From positions 1-40,278 of the IMG/VR virus record IMGVR_UViG_3300035042_000148: 40,278 bases of DNA, one strand, 5' to 3'. The notes under the pieces were generated by a model. That model had not been told where the DNA came from. It ran no database searches and was given only the letters and a program-made list of their open reading frames with translations. A program made the position numbers and the translations under genes. Positions 35,305-40,278 of this stretch are shown piece by piece. Each line of letters starts with the position of its first letter. The stretch's first letter is position 1. This stretch comes from a virus. Lineage: Duplodnaviria; Caudoviricetes.

Positions 35305-35580
35305 TCACGAAGAGAGCTTTTTTTCATACGTCTCAATCTCCGCGAGCAACCTTTGCGCATTCAACCGTCCCTTACTCAGAGCTTCAGTGATAGCAGCTTC
35401 GCGAGTATCCCCATGTCCCTGGATCAAGAACGTCGAACCAAGGCCAAAATCCAGCGCAGCATGAAAACGTATGCTAAAACCGCCGCCTTTCTCGGCGACA
35501 TCCCCGACTTTTTTCCCGTCGACGAAAATATCCTCTTCCTTTTTAATTTCCGGAGCCTTATCAACAAATGTGACATTCAT
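35305..35580 (-). CDS. Hypothetical protein
   Basis: 91 aa with RBS AGGAG. Confidence 0.65.
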   Translation of the reverse strand: MNVTFVDKAPEIKKEEDIFVDGKKVGDVAEKGGGFSIRFHAALDFGLGSTFLIQGHGDTREAAITEALSKGRLNAQRLLAEIETYEKKLSS

Positions 35581-35603
35581 GACCTGTTCTCCTGGCTATA
35601 TGG

Positions 35604-35948
35604 TTAAAAAGTCCCGACGGGCGGAAGGTGGCCCGCCGGGCACGCGTTTGGCCCGTCGCCGAGGAGGCGGGGCCCGGTCGGATGGGCCGAGCCGACCGGG
35701 TGCTGAGGCGCAAGCTGCCTTTCGGCAGCCGCCGTGAAGATACTCGTTACCGGATCTTTCGCGCAGGATATACAGATAACGATGTCCCTGAGTCCGGAAG
35801 GCCCCAACTCCACAGCACGAACACCAGGGCCATACAGACGCCGACCGCACAACTCGCAATCCTGACGCTCCTCAATAGCCTGCCGTATGACCTCCTGCAA
35901 TCTCCTGCGCACCTTCCGCCTCTCAATGAAACGTTGAATCAAAGACAT
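35604..35948 (-). CDS. Hypothetical protein with two CxxC motifs
   Basis: CELC...CISC; RBS GGGAGG. Confidence 0.5.
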   Translation of the reverse strand: MSLIQRFIERRKVRRRLQEVIRQAIEERQDCELCGRRLYGPGVRAVELGPSGLRDIVICISCAKDPVTSIFTAAAERQLAPQHPVGSAHPTGPRLLGDGPNACPAGHLPPVGTF

Positions 35949-35979
35949 GACGCCTCCCTCTTCATGGTTTCTGCGGATC

Positions 35980-36216
35980 TCAGCCAACGCTCTCCAAAAA
36001 CTCCAACACCTGGTCACGGCTGAAAACGCCTCCTTTGCTGATTTTCAACCGCCGCAGCTTCCGCTCGTGAACCAGCTCATTGATCCGCTGCCGCGAAACA
36101 CCCAGATACACGGCAGTCTCATCCGCAGTCCAATGCGGATAATCCATCATTCGCGCCTTGAGAGCCGCCGCATCAAGAGGAGAAAGACGCTCACGCAGTC
36201 CTGCATCCGTAGCCAT
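35980..36216 (-). CDS. HTH DNA-binding protein, excisionase-like
   Basis: WTADETAVYLGVSRQRINELV...FSRDQVLEF. Confidence 0.8.
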   Translation of the reverse strand: MATDAGLRERLSPLDAAALKARMMDYPHWTADETAVYLGVSRQRINELVHERKLRRLKISKGGVFSRDQVLEFLESVG

Positions 36217-36746
36217 CAGAGCACCTCCTCAGCCTTTTCAATGGCCGCCAGATAAGTCAGCGCCTGCCGCACCAACTCCTTGACCTCCCGCCGCAACTCC
36301 TCAACCTCGCCACGCTTGATGCGGCGGTCAAAGATCGCCTTGCCGTGCGCCTCGACAACATCCGAAAACTCCCGGATATAATTCGCAAACTCCTTGTTCA
36401 GATCCTCCGGAGGCGCATCGGGTTGCGGAATTGGAAAAGCCACCCGCCCCACCGCAAACTCCAGATCATCCAAAAAGCTCAAATCGCCCAGCAGCCACAT
36501 GTGATCAATCAAGCGGCGCAGCTGATAATTGCATTTCGGAATATCCGGATTCATGCTGTTCGCCAGCGTTGACTCAGGCAAACCAAGAGCCTCAGCCTGC
36601 AGTCGAATCGTATAGGAGTGATTCTGAGCCCACAGCTGCAGAGACTTCTCGATCGACTCGCAAAGCATGGCTGCACGACAGATCTCCAGCCGCTTCTTGG
36701 CGGCCTGGATCGTTTCCCCCGGCTGGTAATACGTAAATCGCGGCAT
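36216..36746 (-). CDS. CII-like phage regulatory protein
   Basis: HTH AEALGLPESTLANSMNPD and C-terminal DRRIKRGEVEEL; follows the cro-like gene. Confidence 0.75.
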   Translation of the reverse strand: MPRFTYYQPGETIQAAKKRLEICRAAMLCESIEKSLQLWAQNHSYTIRLQAEALGLPESTLANSMNPDIPKCNYQLRRLIDHMWLLGDLSFLDDLEFAVGRVAFPIPQPDAPPEDLNKEFANYIREFSDVVEAHGKAIFDRRIKRGEVEELRREVKELVRQALTYLAAIEKAEEVL

Positions 36747-36767
36747 AGTTAGGATTCTCCAATCACG

Positions 36768-37013
36768 CTAATTGACGGAACTTTCCCTACCCTGTACGCT
36801 CGACTCGGCGGCCTCCACCAGCAGACCTTCCGACCGGAGCCGCTCGATCGCAGAACGCGCACCAGAAACTCGACGGCGCAGCCCCCACCCTTCGTCCAGC
36901 GTCCGGTAAAAGCTCCGCCGGCTGATCTCGGCAGCCTGGCAAAAAGCCTTTACCGACCCGTACTTTTCGCGGACGTTCTCGATGGTTGCGCGCTTGTCGT
37001 AGGGATTTTCCAT
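36768..37013 (-). CDS. Cro-like regulator
   Basis: YGSVKAFCQAAEISRRSFY HTH; divergent from the repressor. Confidence 0.65.
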   Translation of the reverse strand: MENPYDKRATIENVREKYGSVKAFCQAAEISRRSFYRTLDEGWGLRRRVSGARSAIERLRSEGLLVEAAESSVQGRESSVN

Positions 37014-37337
37014 TTGCCAAAACCCTTCATTGTTGCTAATGTTCACATGCGAACGTTTAGAATTTTTCTTATTTCTCTAACTGGCCAGACAAGCCCTTGA
37101 GAGATAAGGTTTTTTGTGCGTCCACTGCTTCACAAAGAGAGCAGTTTTCGGTTCACTTGTGTGGTTTCCTATATCGGAAACCTTGGACATGTCCTGCCCT
37201 ACAGATCGGCACGGATCAAAGTCCACCCCGCTTGCGCCGCACCTGCGGCCTGGGCTGGGTCCAAAAATATTCAGTTCCGTATTACTAAACGCTTTCGTTT
37301 TTAGAGCAGCACTGTTTTTCATAACGTGCGTATGTGA

Positions 37338-37366
37338 ACAATAATAGCCAGGCTATTATTTGTCAA
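37338..37366 (-). promoter_or_regulatory. Leftward sigma70 promoter overlapped by a palindromic operator
   Basis: Minus strand TTGACA-17-TATTGT; AATAATAGCC-A-GGCTATTATT (37340-37360) fills the spacer. Confidence 0.75.
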
Positions 37367-37381
37367 TAGAAAATTATTACT

Positions 37382-37825
37382 ATGGCTAAAATTATTGGCG
37401 AGAGAATAAAAGAAGCTCGAAAAAAACGCGGGCTTACCCAAGGGGAAATGGCTGAAAAGCTATCGATTTCGCAGGGTTTTTTATCGCACGTTGAAAAAGG
37501 AAGGAACAATCCAACAACGGAACTCGTTAATAGCATTGCAAATATTCTTGGGGCAGACGCCGGATGGCTCCTGACTGGATCAGGACACATGGAGCCTAGC
37601 AAAGATATAAAAGGGATTGAAACCCTTGATCAAGACCTGGCCAAGGCCGTGATCGCCGAACGACAAGACCGCGACGGGTCTGCTGAGCCGATGACCCTGA
37701 CCACCACTGAGGCCGAGATCATCGAACTCCTGCGCGACCTCCCGGAAGACGCCAGGTTCGACGAATACGACAACATCCGCGCACTGTGGCTGAGTCTCTG
37801 CAGAGGCAAAAATCCACCAGAATAA
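37382..37825 (+). CDS. Prophage repressor (XRE HTH, no S24 peptidase domain)
   Basis: IGERIKEARKKRGLTQGEMAEKLSISQGFLSHVEKG...WLLTGSG. Confidence 0.88.
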   Translation: MAKIIGERIKEARKKRGLTQGEMAEKLSISQGFLSHVEKGRNNPTTELVNSIANILGADAGWLLTGSGHMEPSKDIKGIETLDQDLAKAVIAERQDRDGSAEPMTLTTTEAEIIELLRDLPEDARFDEYDNIRALWLSLCRGKNPPE

Positions 37826-37915
37826 CAGCTAGATAAATTATTAAAAAGACTATATTTTTTTGCCTTTACGGTTAAAAATCCTCCATGACTTATGTTTTAC
37901 ATAATGGAGGGTTTT

Positions 37916-38065
37916 ATGCGGACTTTGTCACTATCGGTAACACCGGAGGAAGCTGAGACAATAGTTGATCTACGCAAACTTCACCCGTCAAACCGAGCAC
38001 GTATCAGACGAATAATTCGGAGATTGCTTGGATCTGATGCAGGGCAAAACATAAGCGGAGGGTGA
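37916..38065 (+). CDS. 49-aa protein resembling the repressor C-terminus
   Basis: MRTLSLSVTPEEAETIVDLRKLHPSNRARIRRIIRRLLGSDAGQNISGG*; RBS GGAGG; absent from the ORF track. Confidence 0.6.
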   Translation: MRTLSLSVTPEEAETIVDLRKLHPSNRARIRRIIRRLLGSDAGQNISGG

Positions 38066-38066
38066 T

Positions 38067-38468
38067 ATGGAGGAGAACTCGCCACACGCCGACGTAATGA
38101 GGGCGAGAGGGCTATCGCCTGGTGTTAAAGCAGCATTGGTCCTTTTGTGGTTTGTACTGATGGCCTCTATGTGCGTGAAGCTAAACAAAGACGCCAACAA
38201 GCCGAGGCCCATTACAGATAAAGATGCCGCCATAATGGCCCAGGTGTACGTTAAATATCGCTTAAAATCTCCAGCAACTGCTAAATTCCCTTCGACAGAC
38301 CATTTTCTCGTTAAACGAAATAGCCCGGCTGGAGATACGTTAACGTGGGAAGTGAGAGGATATGTGGACGCGCAAAACAGCTTCGGCGCTACCGTTCGTG
38401 AGCGCTTCACGTGCCGCATAGAAAGACAGGGTGGCCAATGGGGCCTTCTCGATTTGAAGTTCCACTAA
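38067..38468 (+). CDS. Membrane-anchored hypothetical protein
   Basis: TM segment plus LKSPATAKF...GYVDAQNSFGATVR motif. Confidence 0.7.
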   Translation: MEENSPHADVMRARGLSPGVKAALVLLWFVLMASMCVKLNKDANKPRPITDKDAAIMAQVYVKYRLKSPATAKFPSTDHFLVKRNSPAGDTLTWEVRGYVDAQNSFGATVRERFTCRIERQGGQWGLLDLKFH

Positions 38469-38482
38469 AAAGGGGGAGTGAA

Positions 38483-38872
38483 ATGAAATGCATTGCAGCG
38501 CTGCTTGCTATGATCTTATGGACAGGATCCGTCCTGGCCGCCTCGCCGCTCATACAAGAATCTACCGGATGCATTAAAACCAGTTGGCTGTTCAGCGAAA
38601 GAGTTCAAACGAGATTTGAAACCGTTATCTACCAATTCCTGCTCGACGTCCGCAACAGCTGCGGCGTTGCCGGCCAGGTGCATGTCCGCGTCGTGGGAAC
38701 CGACGCCCTGGACCACGAGGTCGATTCCTTCGTCATGACCTCCAGGTTGGGACCGTGGCAAAGTATGACCATGACGGACAAGGTCCCGCTCCCTGCAGAA
38801 AAAGACCTTTTCATCAATCGTTGGGATATCCAGAGCGTCAACTTCCTCTACGATACGATTGGACAGCTTTAG
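38483..38872 (+). CDS. Secreted hypothetical protein
   Basis: Signal peptide ending SVLA; beta-rich mature part. Confidence 0.65.
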   Translation: MKCIAALLAMILWTGSVLAASPLIQESTGCIKTSWLFSERVQTRFETVIYQFLLDVRNSCGVAGQVHVRVVGTDALDHEVDSFVMTSRLGPWQSMTMTDKVPLPAEKDLFINRWDIQSVNFLYDTIGQL

Positions 38873-38957
38873 AACTATTCCGAAACGCTAAACATCCAAA
38901 CCGAATTGCCGGTTATGTTACAAGGGACACTTTCGGTCCCAAAACACGACTAAAATC

Positions 38958-40046
38958 ATGGCGAAAATATTTCACAAATGGGCATGCCCCTCCCCTAAAT
39001 GCCGCCGCTGGTACCGCACCCCAGGCACATGCAAATGCGGCGCGGAGCTTATCGAGCGCAGTGAATATTCCGTCGACTACCGCGATGGAGATGCAAAACG
39101 CCGCATCGAGGATCTCGACACCACAAGTAAGCGGGTAGCCGAACGCGAGTTGGCCATAAGGATTGGAGAGGCCAGCAAAGGCAAGAGCCGTCCTCAGCGC
39201 CGCACCCTCGTTTCCATCTGCCAGGAATACATGGAAACGAAGAGCATCCACAACGCCGACGGCGGCCGCCGCGATGGGCATTCGTTTCAACACGTTCTCG
39301 AACATTTCAAAACCCGCACTCTCGAGAACATTTCCCAGCGCGAGATCCAGGCCTACGTCAACGCCAGGCGCAAGAAAAAGGCCGCTGCCGGCACAATCGA
39401 AAAAGAGGTAGGGCTTATCAAGCGCGTATGGAAATATGCCCGCACAAACAAAATGGTGCATCATTTCCCCTTCGAGGAAATCAAGATCCCAGGCAAAAAA
39501 ACAGCTGCCATGCGCCCGATCAGCGTCAAGCAGGAGGAAGCCCTCTGGGAAGCCCTGCCGGCATCGTCACTGCCCTACTACAAATTTGTAGCCTATACCG
39601 GCTGCCGCATGTCAGAGGCCCTGAACCTCACCTGGGACGATATCGACTGGCAAGAGAAGGTCGCCTGGGTATCCTCCGGCAAAAACCGGCACGGTGAGGT
39701 GGAGCTCCAACCGGTCTTCCTGGGCAAAAAAGCCCTGGCGATCCTCAAAGATCTGCACCACAGAAAGCTCTCGGATACTTGGGTCTTCATCAACCCCGTC
39801 ACCGGAGAACCCTACAAAAACCCCAAGAACACCCTACGGCGTGCCATTAAAAAACTAGGCCTGCCCATGCGCTCAGTTCACGATCTAAGGCACCTTTTCG
39901 GATCCCGCCTGGTGGAAAGCGGCATCGACAACGTCACTGCCAGCATCCTGATGCGACACAAGGACATCCGCATGATGCGACGATACACACACCTGTCCAG
40001 CGGACACCTGCGAAAGACCCTCGACAAAGCCCAGAAAAAAGACTAA
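38958..40046 (+). CDS. int: Phage integrase (tyrosine recombinase)
   Basis: TGCRMSE, HDLRH, MRH and Y (RRYTH); adjacent to att/tRNA. Confidence 0.95.
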   Translation: MAKIFHKWACPSPKCRRWYRTPGTCKCGAELIERSEYSVDYRDGDAKRRIEDLDTTSKRVAERELAIRIGEASKGKSRPQRRTLVSICQEYMETKSIHNADGGRRDGHSFQHVLEHFKTRTLENISQREIQAYVNARRKKKAAAGTIEKEVGLIKRVWKYARTNKMVHHFPFEEIKIPGKKTAAMRPISVKQEEALWEALPASSLPYYKFVAYTGCRMSEALNLTWDDIDWQEKVAWVSSGKNRHGEVELQPVFLGKKALAILKDLHHRKLSDTWVFINPVTGEPYKNPKNTLRRAIKKLGLPMRSVHDLRHLFGSRLVESGIDNVTASILMRHKDIRMMRRYTHLSSGHLRKTLDKAQKKD

Positions 40047-40068
40047 GGCCCCTTCCGGGGTCTTTTTT
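40046..40068 (+). terminator. Probable intrinsic terminator after int
   Basis: AGGCCCC-TTCC-GGGGTCT followed by a T-run. Confidence 0.6.
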
Positions 40069-40079
40069 AATGACTAAAG

Positions 40080-40148
40080 TGGAAACGAAATGGAAACGAA
40101 GGGCAAAATCAATGAAAGGAATCAGCAAAAAATGGAAACGGGTTTCCA
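40080..40148. repeat. Putative integrase arm-type sites (TGGAAACG), right end
   Basis: TGGAAACG at 40080, 40091 and 40133; inverted GTTTCCA at 40142. Confidence 0.65.
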
Positions 40149-40179
40149 ATGTAAACTATTGAAAACCCGTCATTATTTC

Positions 40180-40254
40180 TGGTGGGCGTTACTGGGATCG
40201 AACCAGTGGCCCCTGCCGTGTGAAGGCAGTGCTCTCCCGCTGAGCTAAACGCCC
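40180..40254 (-). tRNA. tRNA-Val(CAC); includes att core 40180-40225
   Basis: GGGCGTTTAGCTCAGCGGGAGAGCACTGCCTTCACACGGCAGGGGCCACTGGTTCGATCCCAGTAACGCCCACCA folds as a cloverleaf with anticodon CAC and a CCA end. Confidence 0.97.
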
Positions 40255-40278
40255 GAAGTGGTCGATCTTATACCAAGC

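Larger units (their letters stand above)
2243..40225. mobile_element. Lambda-like temperate prophage (~38 kb) integrated in tRNA-Val(CAC)
   Basis: Flanking 46-bp direct repeats; tyrosine integrase, immunity, replication, packaging, head, lysis and tail modules all present. Confidence 0.95.

Noticed and set aside
37826-37915. LexA/SOS box upstream of the putative antirepressor (also sought upstream of intI)
   Set aside because: No convincing match to LexA motifs I know, and the host taxon cannot be fixed from this window.

Overview
The window holds an apparently complete ~38-kb lambda-like (cos-packaging, siphovirus-type) temperate prophage, 2243-40225. It is integrated in the 3' half of a tRNA-Val(CAC) gene (46-bp direct repeat) and flanked on the left by ~2.2 kb of lower-GC accessory DNA that may be the end of a second element at the same tRNA. 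Nearly all phage genes are on the minus strand; the repressor, three small genes and the integrase are on the plus strand. Two diversification systems sit inside essential operons. (1) A canonical diversity-generating retroelement (target-avd-TR-RT) lies in the tail module, with a 111-bp TR/VR pair differing at 13 positions, all template adenines. (2) A phage-borne integron lies between the putative small and the large terminase genes: an IntI-type integrase stop/start-coupled to terL, a candidate attI, a 58-bp attC, and cassettes whose ORFs (a 41-aa Cys-rich microprotein and a DEDDh exonuclease) are inverted relative to attC and so co-oriented with the phage operon. Other oddities: a primase-helicase split by an 8-bp-period duplication, a stand-alone paralogous helicase fragment, a small ORF resembling the repressor's C-terminus, a beta-clamp gene next to cos, and a tail-tip protein with matched acidic and basic hexapeptide tracts. 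All functional calls come from manual motif recognition and gene order; no database search was run.
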